A DNA stretch of 64,000 bases from an uncultured virus (IMG/VR IMGVR_UViG_3300042890_004141) (taxonomy: Duplodnaviria; Heunggongvirae; Uroviricota; Caudoviricetes): IMG/VR virus record IMGVR_UViG_3300042890_004141, positions 62,001 to 126,000 of that record. The stretch is one strand, 5' to 3'. The notes beneath the pieces are model-generated. The model did not search any database and was not told the DNA's origin. It saw only the letters and a list, made by a program, of their open reading frames with translations. Positions 10,578 through 19,894 of this stretch are shown one piece after another. Every line of letters begins with the position of its first letter. Position 1 is the first letter of the stretch. Made by a program: the position numbers and the translations under genes.

Positions 10578-10916
10578 TTAAATTGATCCAGTTGGCATAC
10601 AAGGTACTTCTACCCAATTAATAATTGATTCATCCCAAACGTAACACTTACCATCATTTGGATAAGGCACAGGAGCTACCCAATCATAATTTGAGTCTAA
10701 AACCCAAGACGGGTAAGGTTGGGGACATATAAATACATTTGCTTCAGCATCGTAGGTATAACCTATACCCGCGTATTGTTTGCGGAATGAACCGTCTATT
10801 GATGTCTCTATCCAATTAGTAGGATCGCCTTCGGCGCCTGTATTGATAAATTCTTGAGTGGCTACTATAACAGTAGTAACAACACTGTATTGGTTTATGT
10901 GTGCGAAGTATCCCAT
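10578..10916 (-). CDS. Conserved phage protein of the kind found next to glycine-rich fibre genes
   Basis: SFRKQYAGIGYTYD...FICPQPYPSWVLD...WVAPVPYPNDG motif. Confidence 0.65.
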   Translation of the reverse strand: MGYFAHINQYSVVTTVIVATQEFINTGAEGDPTNWIETSIDGSFRKQYAGIGYTYDAEANVFICPQPYPSWVLDSNYDWVAPVPYPNDGKCYVWDESIINWVEVPCMPTGSI

Positions 10917-11095
10917 TGTGTTTTATCTTTTTCTATTTGTTCGTTTATTTCTTCCCAAGTAGGAGGTTGTGTTCCTGTAGGATCATTCCACTTGGTAAAT
11001 GTTGTATTATATAATTCAAATTGAGCATGTGGACGTAATTTTTTAACTGCTACATCTACACCCCATAACCCTAAATATTGTTCAAAAATATCCAT
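10895..11095 (-). CDS. Small XkdW-like tail accessory protein
   Basis: LRPHAQFEL...KWNDPTGTQPPTWEEI pattern; follows a fibre gene. Confidence 0.5.
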   Translation of the reverse strand: MDIFEQYLGLWGVDVAVKKLRPHAQFELYNTTFTKWNDPTGTQPPTWEEINEQIEKDKTQWDTSHT

Positions 11096-11096
11096 A

Positions 11097-13673
11097 TTAA
11101 GTTAAATAACGTACTATTACTATACCTGAGCCACCATTTCCAGCTGTAGTAGCATTAGCACCACCACCACCTCCTCCACCTGTATTTGAAACACCTGAAG
11201 TATTAGGGGTTAAAACTCCATTAATTAATCCAACACTATTACCTCCTCCTCCAAGTCCACCAAGACCTGAATTAGGAATAGTTCCTGAGAAGTTATGACT
11301 ACCTCCACCTCCACCTCCACCTGAGTAATAGGTAGAAAATCCAGTAATTGAATATGCTAAACCATCTCCACCGGCTGTTCCATCTAGAACACCTGAGGTA
11401 TCTGTAGAGTTTTCACCAGCTTCACCAGCACCACCACCTCCACCTGCAGATCTTGAACTATTAAGATCATCTCCTCCTTTATTACCTTGACCAGTAATAC
11501 CTGCAGCACCTGCTACTCCTGAGTCACCACCAGCTCCACCACCAGATCCTCCTATACTAGGTACATTTGGATTTTGATCAGCACCTCCTCTACCACCACC
11601 AATAGCAGTTAATCCGCCAAATACAGAATTTGACCCGTTAGTAGCATTGTTTTGATCAATAGTACCTCCACTACCACCGGCACCAATAGTTACAGTAATA
11701 CCACTACCTGCGGAAACACCATAAGAAGATACATAAAGTAATCCTCCGGCACCTCCGCCTCCTCCTCCTCCACCATTAACATTAGATTCAGCTCCTCCAC
11801 CTCCACCACCTCCAGCAACAACAAGTACTTCTACTTGACCTGTAAATGAAGGAGTAAAGGTTGCTGAACCTGTAAATGTATGAATAGTAAATGGTCCTGA
11901 ATATGAAATTGTACCACCTGAACCTGAATTGAAATTAGTCCAAGCTTGAACTTGGGCTTGACTTATTGAAGTATCAGGAATAGAAGCTAATGTATTTACA
12001 GCAAAATTATTACCAGGGACAGCATAAGTTTGCATATTTGTAAAATAAAGAGCATCAAAATATGTTCCTGTATATAGTAAAGATCCATTTACATACCAAT
12101 ATGAATTGGTATTGGTAAAATACCAAGCAGATCTATTTTTACCTTGTTTAGGAGTAAAACTCCCAGCATAAAAATATCCACCACTATTGTTTCCATCCCA
12201 ATATATTTGTCCTGATCCTCCTAAATTAGCAAAATAAAAATAATCTGATCCTGCAGACGGGTTATTATATAAAAATGTGTCGTAACGATTTCCACTTTCA
12301 AAATTATAAAAATCAAAATCATATAATATAACTCCAGGTTTAGAAGCAAATGCTTTTGTAGGACCAGGTGAATTGAAAACAACATCATTAGCAGCTCTAG
12401 TTACTGTTGCTGAAGTTGTTGGGATGTATGATGTTGCAAAATTTCCTTCTTCGCTTTGGGCTCCCCAAATATAAACATAATCCCCAACTGCGTAACCACC
12501 GGCAAAATAAGGATTAATAGATCGGTTAGCATCCATTTTAACTCCTATGCGATACCATCCATCTTTATAAGGTTCAATTGTACCTGTTCCACTTATTATA
12601 GTTCCGTTATATAAATTAAATTCTGTACCAAAAGATGTATTTCCTCTATATAAACTTAATCTACCAACATTTCCTGCTTTAGCGAATATAGTTGTATATC
12701 CGTCACTTACAGGAGCTGATGTTCCTATTTCTCCACTAGTAGCTGTTAATACTAGTTTAGATGCGTTCATAGTACCGTCAGGAGAGATAGCAGCACTTCC
12801 TGTTACAGTAACACTATATTTACCCCAAACAGCATTAGTAAAATCTTGACTATAAGTGTTTACATTTGTTCTTTGTGGTTCTTGTAATAATTTACCTTTA
12901 CCATTTTTATAATCAATTCGAGGATAACCTAAACGGTCTGTTGTTGGTTGGTATGGTTTTACACCACCTGTATTAAACATAGCACCCCACACAAATACAC
13001 TTGTACCTGTGCCAACGTAACCGGCAGATGTAAATGTTGATTGGTTTAATAACATACATAAAAAGTATAAGTTACCTCCAATCAATGAAGTTGCATATGT
13101 AAAAGTTCCAGTTACATAATACCAACCACCACCTACATTTGTTATTGTAGAAGTTAGAGTATCACCCCCTGTGTTTACAAAATTTTGAGTAATTGTACCA
13201 TTTACTAAATCAACAACTACTTGACTTCTGTAGACACTATCATCTGTAAGACCAAAACTAAAATATTGGTGATTATTGTATTTTACATAAAGAGAAAAAG
13301 ACATTGTTTGTGGGCTTCCATACCCTGTAAATGCTCCTTGATATACTCTATGGGCGGCATTATTACTATTATTAGCTATAGTATCTGCAGTTGTTGTTCC
13401 GTTAGGTGCTATAGTACTGTTTGCTGTTACAGATGTATCATTTAATATCCACGGACTAGATCCAATTGCCTCACTTTGATTTATTAAATTAGCCGGTACT
13501 GTTTCAATATAACCTTGTTGGTTAACTCGAGTACCACCTCCACTATTTCCACCAACAGCACCATCAACAGTACCATCATTAGGTAAAACAGAATATACCT
13601 TATCTTCTTGATAAGAAATTATACTACCCGCAGGATTAAAAATAAAAGAGGAATTATTGAGTATACTCGCCAT
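11097..13673 (-). CDS. Fibre or spike protein with carbohydrate-binding-like repeats and a C-terminal glycine-rich domain
   Basis: EPQRTN, GWY/GWYR, WGA, ATSYIPTT.ATVTRAA motifs; C-terminal VEVLVVAGGGGGG...GGSGIVIVRY shared with 6963..8447. Confidence 0.7.
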   Translation of the reverse strand: MASILNNSSFIFNPAGSIISYQEDKVYSVLPNDGTVDGAVGGNSGGGTRVNQQGYIETVPANLINQSEAIGSSPWILNDTSVTANSTIAPNGTTTADTIANNSNNAAHRVYQGAFTGYGSPQTMSFSLYVKYNNHQYFSFGLTDDSVYRSQVVVDLVNGTITQNFVNTGGDTLTSTITNVGGGWYYVTGTFTYATSLIGGNLYFLCMLLNQSTFTSAGYVGTGTSVFVWGAMFNTGGVKPYQPTTDRLGYPRIDYKNGKGKLLQEPQRTNVNTYSQDFTNAVWGKYSVTVTGSAAISPDGTMNASKLVLTATSGEIGTSAPVSDGYTTIFAKAGNVGRLSLYRGNTSFGTEFNLYNGTIISGTGTIEPYKDGWYRIGVKMDANRSINPYFAGGYAVGDYVYIWGAQSEEGNFATSYIPTTSATVTRAANDVVFNSPGPTKAFASKPGVILYDFDFYNFESGNRYDTFLYNNPSAGSDYFYFANLGGSGQIYWDGNNSGGYFYAGSFTPKQGKNRSAWYFTNTNSYWYVNGSLLYTGTYFDALYFTNMQTYAVPGNNFAVNTLASIPDTSISQAQVQAWTNFNSGSGGTISYSGPFTIHTFTGSATFTPSFTGQVEVLVVAGGGGGGGAESNVNGGGGGGGGAGGLLYVSSYGVSAGSGITVTIGAGGSGGTIDQNNATNGSNSVFGGLTAIGGGRGGADQNPNVPSIGGSGGGAGGDSGVAGAAGITGQGNKGGDDLNSSRSAGGGGGAGEAGENSTDTSGVLDGTAGGDGLAYSITGFSTYYSGGGGGGGSHNFSGTIPNSGLGGLGGGGNSVGLINGVLTPNTSGVSNTGGGGGGGANATTAGNGGSGIVIVRYLT

Positions 13674-13707
13674 TTAGTAACAGTTATATGTTATAAATAT
13701 TGTATCT

Positions 13708-14823
13708 TTATAAAGCAGTAATGAAGTAAGTTTCATATCCTCCATGACACCAACCGTAACCAAGTGGGAATTTCTCACTCATTAAATCATGAATAGAATT
13801 TTCCGGAATGTTACTACGTTCATCAAACTTTAGTTTAATGTGGATGCCTGGATTAGTTTGTTTTAGTTTATCTATAATGTTAGTTAGACTACTGAATGTT
13901 TGTTCGTTAAGGCAAACTATAACTTCGTCAAATTTCATATCTGAAGTACTATCAAAGTACAAATCATGATCAAAGAATAATTCCTTTAGTAGCTGACGTT
14001 CATATACCTTAATATCTTCTTTTACATAAAGTATACTCTGTCTTGAAGATGCTGTATTAAAATCACCCATAGCAAAATCTCTAGATTGATACTTGATAGG
14101 TAGGTAGTATAATGAGGTTGTTAGTTTGTCTGGATTGTTTAAGTAAGGGAACTTGCTTTCAATAAATAATCTTTCTGCTTCAATCTCAGCATAAGTTTCA
14201 CCTGATCTTCCTGGTTCTCTTGAAAATGTGTCTATTGAGTAGTTATACTCATATAAGGTTCTAGGAATATACAACCATTTTCCTTTAGTTTCAACATATC
14301 TAACTATGTTAGTATCGTTTTGATACCACTTTAATTGACCCTCGTCAAAACTAGGTATAATATTTCTCCAAGCCCGTCCCATTGGGGTATAGTTAAAAGT
14401 AGATATTTCTTCATAATCATAGTGGCCTCCTCCTTGAATTTCTACAAATTCACCTTTTTCATTTATATTTTTTGAATAACAGCTTATACCCGCTACATCA
14501 GGATGTTTTAAAAATAAGTGATTGTAAACCTCTAAAATGCGAGGATAAGCATAATCATCACTATCAAACTGAATTACTATTTCTCCGGTTGTTCCAGATT
14601 GTGGATTATAAAAGCATTCTTTTTTTCTAGACTGCTGATAGTACTTTACTCTAGAATCTTTTTTACAAATTTCCTTTAGTAATTCTTCAGCATTGTTATA
14701 GTCTGAAAAGTCATCAGTAACAATCCATTCCCAATCTTGATGGGTTTGGTCTAGAATTTGTTTGTATAGTTTTTCAACTAAATGGCTTCTTCTATAGAAT
14801 GATGTGCTTATACTAAATTTCAT
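13708..14823 (-). CDS. Glycosyltransferase family 2 (start corrected to MKFSIST)
   Basis: QTHQDWEWIVTDDFS and FDSDD (DXD) motifs; ATG at 14823 overlaps the upstream TGA (ATGA). Confidence 0.85.
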   Translation of the reverse strand: MKFSISTSFYRRSHLVEKLYKQILDQTHQDWEWIVTDDFSDYNNAEELLKEICKKDSRVKYYQQSRKKECFYNPQSGTTGEIVIQFDSDDYAYPRILEVYNHLFLKHPDVAGISCYSKNINEKGEFVEIQGGGHYDYEEISTFNYTPMGRAWRNIIPSFDEGQLKWYQNDTNIVRYVETKGKWLYIPRTLYEYNYSIDTFSREPGRSGETYAEIEAERLFIESKFPYLNNPDKLTTSLYYLPIKYQSRDFAMGDFNTASSRQSILYVKEDIKVYERQLLKELFFDHDLYFDSTSDMKFDEVIVCLNEQTFSSLTNIIDKLKQTNPGIHIKLKFDERSNIPENSIHDLMSEKFPLGYGWCHGGYETYFITAL

Positions 14824-15434
14824 GGTTTCCAGATTCCTATCCCACCGAAGTGTTCTTTTTGTCCAAAACAAGTTGTTTTACCTGATGATTTTATAGTAAC
14901 TATGTTAGTTTTAGAACCATAAGATAGGTCCTGCCAAAATTTATATACCTGTCCACCAGCACCATCTCTAAAGATATGGTCAGGATCAATATCATGAAAC
15001 ACAATATACCCTCTAGGTGACAATAATTCTTGATATAATTCAAAATCACGTCTTACACCTTCATATGAATGATCTCCATCAATAAAAATTAGATCATATT
15101 CAGGGCAGAACTCTTTAACTTTATCTCTTGTTTCTTCAGTTTGTGAATCAGCTATAAATAACTTAAAGTCTTCTCCATACATCATATAGTGAGACCAAAT
15201 TGTTCTACCTTTATCCTCATAATCAACAGCTGCTTTTTTACCTGTTGATAATTGAGACATAATATGAAATGAACTTCCTTTAAATCCAATTTCTAGGATA
15301 TTGTTAGCTTGAAATCCTTTAAGCCAGTAACCAAATGTAGTTATCTCCTCATAAACCTGCTGGAATAAAGTAGGTTCGATAAGGAAATCCTTAACATGAT
15401 AGTCAATTAATTCCTGTATACTTATGTCTTTCAT
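14820..15434 (-). CDS. Class I SAM-dependent methyltransferase (Methyltransf_24-like)
   Basis: ILEIG, YDLIFIDGDHSYEGVRRDF, LSPRGYIVFHD. Confidence 0.85.
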   Translation of the reverse strand: MKDISIQELIDYHVKDFLIEPTLFQQVYEEITTFGYWLKGFQANNILEIGFKGSSFHIMSQLSTGKKAAVDYEDKGRTIWSHYMMYGEDFKLFIADSQTEETRDKVKEFCPEYDLIFIDGDHSYEGVRRDFELYQELLSPRGYIVFHDIDPDHIFRDGAGGQVYKFWQDLSYGSKTNIVTIKSSGKTTCFGQKEHFGGIGIWKP

Positions 15435-16384
15435 TAGCTAAAAAAGAATACTGTTCCGTTTTCACTTTCAATATTACATCCATCTTCAAATTGGCATTTA
15501 AATCCTAATGAATTAAAACGTTCAACTATAGAATTTAAACGTCCTTGTGAATTGTGGTATTCTAAAAGAATTTTATCTGTTATTTCGAATATAGCATTTG
15601 ATGTACTATCAATAACATTCCATTCTTCACCTTCAATATCTAATTTTAAAAGATTAATTTTATTCCAACCTAAAGTATTTACTACATTCTGCAGGGTTGT
15701 TGTTTGTACTATTTTAGTATTAGGATTATCGAAAGTAGAAAATTCACTGTGCTGAATATCTAAAGTTGAGATTAAAGGATTATCTTCCTTCCAGTATAAA
15801 GCGGTTTGTTCTTCTCGGTCAGATAGTGCTTCACCGATAATAGTTATATTAATATTATCTAAAAAATTACTAATTAAAGCCTTGATGCTTCTATCATCAC
15901 ATTCTATAGCAGCTACAAGCTTGGCTCCTTTATTTAAAATGTATTGAGTAAATAAACCGACACTGGCCCCAGCGTCAATTACCTTCTCACAATTACTCAA
16001 ATCAAAGTCTTTATATTTGTCATCAACAAAAAACTCTCGGTAATTAACAAATGATGGATGGTAGTAATCGTTTATATTCTGTTTATGCTTGTATAGATTA
16101 GTGTATCTAAACCTCAAAATGATTCTGTCTAAGACTACACCTTCATCAATTAATTCTAAGGTAAAACCTCCAAAATCCTCTCTACTAAAATCAAATCCGT
16201 GTTTAGGGGTTGGTTGGAAGAATACATAAAGACCGGGTTGTACGTCCCATATCTTCATTTTGTATATAGTAGCATCTAAATCAATGTCTTTAGCTACTAT
16301 GTAACCATTCTTAACAGGGTGATAAACACGAAGATCAATTCGCTGTTCATCAAAATTGTAATTTATTAATTCAAAACTTTTCAT
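15434..16384 (-). CDS. FkbM-family methyltransferase
   Basis: VIDAGASVGLF, INLLKLDIEGEEW, ILLEYH. Confidence 0.85.
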   Translation of the reverse strand: MKSFELINYNFDEQRIDLRVYHPVKNGYIVAKDIDLDATIYKMKIWDVQPGLYVFFQPTPKHGFDFSREDFGGFTLELIDEGVVLDRIILRFRYTNLYKHKQNINDYYHPSFVNYREFFVDDKYKDFDLSNCEKVIDAGASVGLFTQYILNKGAKLVAAIECDDRSIKALISNFLDNINITIIGEALSDREEQTALYWKEDNPLISTLDIQHSEFSTFDNPNTKIVQTTTLQNVVNTLGWNKINLLKLDIEGEEWNVIDSTSNAIFEITDKILLEYHNSQGRLNSIVERFNSLGFKCQFEDGCNIESENGTVFFFS

Positions 16385-16409
16385 TATTTATAAAACTTTT
16401 TATTTTCTT

Positions 16410-17156
16410 TTACCCTAGTAACGGGACTATCCCGGCGTAGAGTGGTTCTCCAGTTATGCTAAATGGAGTTGTGTCTCCTCCAAGTACAACTGCTCCTTTA
16501 ACTAAGTTACCGGCACTCAAACCAAGTGTATTCTGTATTGTATAACTGTTTTCTGTGTAAGCTAAAATATTTGCTACAATCCTAGCTTTGTCTCCAGGTG
16601 TAGCTAAGTTAAAGCTAAATGGTGGTTGTGTCCAAGAAATATTATTTATCAAACTTACCCAAGTTCCTTCTGATGCTAGTGGGTTAGATGAATTAGGTAA
16701 TCCTCTTTGTGATTTCCATCCATTCTGAAATAAATCATCTTCGTCGGTGAAAGCGTACTGTACTATGTGAGATCCAGCGGCGAATGTAGAATCATTCAAC
16801 GAAGGTGTTACTATGTAGTAAGCATTACCTGCAGGTTCATTAAGTGAAGTAAAGGTTACTCCTGGTGCTGCTGTAGCAATAGAGGCAGAGTCTATAGTAT
16901 AAGCCGATAATTGAACGAAGTATAATTTACCTCTAGTTGTTCCTACAGGATAGGGAGTATACATTTGAAAGTCTTTTAATGCATTATTTCCTCTACTTCC
17001 AGTAGGCCATGTAAATTTATTATTTGGAGTAGAGGGAGGTGTGATGCCTAAGTAAGCATAGTTGTAGTTACTAGAAGCCATTTGGCCATTCCAAAAAGTA
17101 TCTAATGATCCTGTGTTATTAGCACCTACGCCGGTTGCCATCCAAATTCCTGCCAT
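16410..17156 (-). CDS. Hypothetical protein, probably structural
   Basis: 248-aa T/S/G/A-rich ORF with its own ATATTTAT motif at 17163. Confidence 0.55.
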   Translation of the reverse strand: MAGIWMATGVGANNTGSLDTFWNGQMASSNYNYAYLGITPPSTPNNKFTWPTGSRGNNALKDFQMYTPYPVGTTRGKLYFVQLSAYTIDSASIATAAPGVTFTSLNEPAGNAYYIVTPSLNDSTFAAGSHIVQYAFTDEDDLFQNGWKSQRGLPNSSNPLASEGTWVSLINNISWTQPPFSFNLATPGDKARIVANILAYTENSYTIQNTLGLSAGNLVKGAVVLGGDTTPFSITGEPLYAGIVPLLG

Positions 17157-17159
17157 ATA

Positions 17160-18353
17160 TTAATAAATATCCAAAAGTTTATTAACTGACATAATTACTT
17201 GATCTGGAGTAATAGTTTTAGTACATTCAAATTGGCGAGGGGTATCTTTATGGTCTGGACACCATTCCCAGTCGCCTGGATCTAACCATTTGCGGTTAAA
17301 ACATCCTTTACATGTTTTAGGATCTTCAGGATAAACACGTTCACATTCCTGGAATTCAGTATATGGATGGCTAAATCCTGAAATCATAATTGTAGGTGTG
17401 TTTAAAGACCAGGATAACCAACTTAATCCACTACCTACACCAATAAACATTTTAGCATCCCTAATATCAACCATTCTGTCTTGTAATGGTAAATCTCCAG
17501 TTTTATTAATTACACCTGTTAAAGTACCTCCTAGTTTAGAGTCATGCCATTCATCACCTAAAGGCTCTTGAGTAAGCATTACTACTTTATAACCTTTATC
17601 ATTTAAATAATCAATAACAGTTTGCCATCCTCCTTTATAATTCCAATACTTAGCATGGGCTGAAGCATGAGGAGCAATAACAACATAATCACCTTTAATA
17701 TCTGTTTTTGTTTTAGGTGAGTTTATAATAGGTTTAACTTCAGAGTATTTTAACCCTAAAATTTCACTTGCTGTTTGTTGTAAAGGATATTTTTTAAAGT
17801 CAATTGGTATCTTATCAAATATAACTTTTTTATCATCATAAAACCAACCAAGATTATACATTGCATAAAGGTTATCTACTTGAGAACCAGGTTTTACAAA
17901 CTCAATATGTGGGTAATTTCCTTCAAACCATTCATTGTGGAATGTAGAACAAATTACATCACACATAAATGTTTTTCTAAATTCTTCAATGTAAGGGAAC
18001 CATGCTAAAGTATCACCCATAGCCCCAGAATCAATGTGTATATAAACGCGTTTATCTTTTACACACCAATCATGATCAAATACTAAATTGTTGTTACTAT
18101 AAACTTCTATACGCCAATTAACACAATATTTAATGTTGGTACGAGTCCACATATTGTTATTAATTGTACTTTCATGTAATACACGATTTGTTTTTTTATT
18201 AATAAATTTAACTTTATATTCTTGTTCTGATGGTCCTAAAACTTCTAAGAAAGCACCATTAACAAAATTAACATTAAAAGTGTTTTGTGGTTTTTTGTTT
18301 TTAATATTTAATATTTTAGTATTACTATATTCTTTAACCAATATGTCTTTCAT
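17160..18353 (-). CDS. TibC/Aah-like (autotransporter-type) protein O-heptosyltransferase, GT9-like fold
   Basis: N-terminal beta domain (NFVNGAFLEV...KYCVNWRIEV), GAMGDTLAWFPYIEEFRK, FIGVGSGLSWLSW, ISGFSHPYTEF, and Cys cluster CKGCFN...WCP...FECTK. Confidence 0.8.
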   Translation of the reverse strand: MKDILVKEYSNTKILNIKNKKPQNTFNVNFVNGAFLEVLGPSEQEYKVKFINKKTNRVLHESTINNNMWTRTNIKYCVNWRIEVYSNNNLVFDHDWCVKDKRVYIHIDSGAMGDTLAWFPYIEEFRKTFMCDVICSTFHNEWFEGNYPHIEFVKPGSQVDNLYAMYNLGWFYDDKKVIFDKIPIDFKKYPLQQTASEILGLKYSEVKPIINSPKTKTDIKGDYVVIAPHASAHAKYWNYKGGWQTVIDYLNDKGYKVVMLTQEPLGDEWHDSKLGGTLTGVINKTGDLPLQDRMVDIRDAKMFIGVGSGLSWLSWSLNTPTIMISGFSHPYTEFQECERVYPEDPKTCKGCFNRKWLDPGDWEWCPDHKDTPRQFECTKTITPDQVIMSVNKLLDIY

Positions 18354-19281
18354 ATAAATTTATTAATTCAGCAGAACGATTTAACCAGGACAATTTTTCA
18401 GCGGTTTGTAAAGATAATTTCCTGTAGTCATTATATTCATTTATGATTGTATCTAACCCACGTAACATTTCTTGTAAATCACGAGGTGATCTCCATAACC
18501 CATGGAATGTAGTTTCTTCTTCAATCCATCCAAGTATAGGTAAACCACAAGCTGCTGCCTCTAATATAGTTAAATTAGGATGACCTGCTTCTAATTCTGA
18601 TGGGTGTAAAAAGATTGTATGTGAGTTATAAAGTTGTCTTAATTGTTCATTAGACGGCTCAGTTAAAATACTTAACTTAGGATAACCAAATATCCAAGGA
18701 TTGTCATTAAACCAATTTTCATTATTTTTTGGACCAGCTATTGTGATAGGTAAATTAGAAGCCATAGCTACTTTAATACCTAATTCAAATCCTTTTCTAT
18801 CATAAGAACCATATCCACCTAAACCATTATTTGCTAACATTAATAAACTATGATAAACAGGTGTTGTATCATTTGGTTTAAATGTATCTGTATTTACTCC
18901 ATGAGAAAAATAATGCACATTAGGCAATTCAAAATAATCAACTAAATAACGAGCAGGTACTAAAGAAAAAATAGATTTTTCCATAGCCTTTCGATTTTGT
19001 TTATAAACATCTGAGTCTTTACCGTAATGGTAAGCATGGTGGTCATGATGCTGGAAGATATAAGGTATGCCTTTGTCTGCTAATTCTAGGGCTAAGTTAG
19101 CAACATGAACCATTACTAAATCATAATCTCCTTTTTTAATTTCATTAGCCCATTTTATATCTACTTCATGACCTAATTCTTTTAAATTGCATGTAAATTC
19201 CCATACAATTTTTTCTATTGCTCCCCATGTGGGTGGAGGAATTGGTATTCCACATCCTGGATTTACTTGGCAGATTTTCAT
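18334..19281 (-). CDS. Glycosyltransferase family 4 (GT-B)
   Basis: IPPPTWGAIEK, HGVNTDTFKP, FLHPSELEAGHPNLTILEAAACGLP. Confidence 0.85.
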   Translation of the reverse strand: MKICQVNPGCGIPIPPPTWGAIEKIVWEFTCNLKELGHEVDIKWANEIKKGDYDLVMVHVANLALELADKGIPYIFQHHDHHAYHYGKDSDVYKQNRKAMEKSIFSLVPARYLVDYFELPNVHYFSHGVNTDTFKPNDTTPVYHSLLMLANNGLGGYGSYDRKGFELGIKVAMASNLPITIAGPKNNENWFNDNPWIFGYPKLSILTEPSNEQLRQLYNSHTIFLHPSELEAGHPNLTILEAAACGLPILGWIEEETTFHGLWRSPRDLQEMLRGLDTIINEYNDYRKLSLQTAEKLSWLNRSAELINLYERHIG

Positions 19282-19283
19282 TT

Positions 19284-19892
19284 TTAATTATGTACAAATA
19301 AACACTTATCTATAAAATATGGAATTAACTCATGTTTCATATTTTCTACTAATATTCCATCAGCTGCTGCTTCATGTTTATCTATTGAATATTTTTTTAT
19401 AACTTCACTTTTTGTAGTAAATTGACCAAAATCAATATAACTATGTTGGATTTTAGGAATAAAATGTCCATAATCTTTTTTATTATGACTATGAATATTA
19501 CTATATTTTCCTAAAATCATTTCCCAATATACAAAATTTACTTCAGGATTCCTAGTAATTGCTAGATTAATTTCTTCAAGCAAAATAGGCATAAAGTAAT
19601 TATCATCATTAGTATGGATAATCCAATCACCGGTTGCTAATTGGGTACCTACTTCTCTGCTATGATGACCCCAATGGCCGTGTCTTATTTCTGTATTTGT
19701 ATATTTAAATCTAGGATCTTTAAGATAATCTTCTAATTGATTTTTATGATTATTATTAAAACCATCATGCACTAAAATAACTTCCCAATTACTATAAGTT
19801 TGACAAACAATACTTTGAAGATTACATTTAAGCAAGTGTGTTTGTTCCCAACATGGAATAATAAAACTAAATTTTGTTTTTTCTATTTTCAT
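19284..19892 (-). CDS. Glycosyltransferase family 2
   Basis: FSFIIPCW, QTYSNWEVILVHDG, ATGDWIIHTNDDNY. Confidence 0.85.
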   Translation of the reverse strand: MKIEKTKFSFIIPCWEQTHLLKCNLQSIVCQTYSNWEVILVHDGFNNNHKNQLEDYLKDPRFKYTNTEIRHGHWGHHSREVGTQLATGDWIIHTNDDNYFMPILLEEINLAITRNPEVNFVYWEMILGKYSNIHSHNKKDYGHFIPKIQHSYIDFGQFTTKSEVIKKYSIDKHEAAADGILVENMKHELIPYFIDKCLFVHN

Positions 19893-19894
19893 AG

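Noticed and set aside
1613..13673. Diversity-generating retroelement acting on the adhesin genes
   Set aside because: No reverse transcriptase in the window, and the repeated blocks differ mostly at synonymous positions rather than specifically at adenines.
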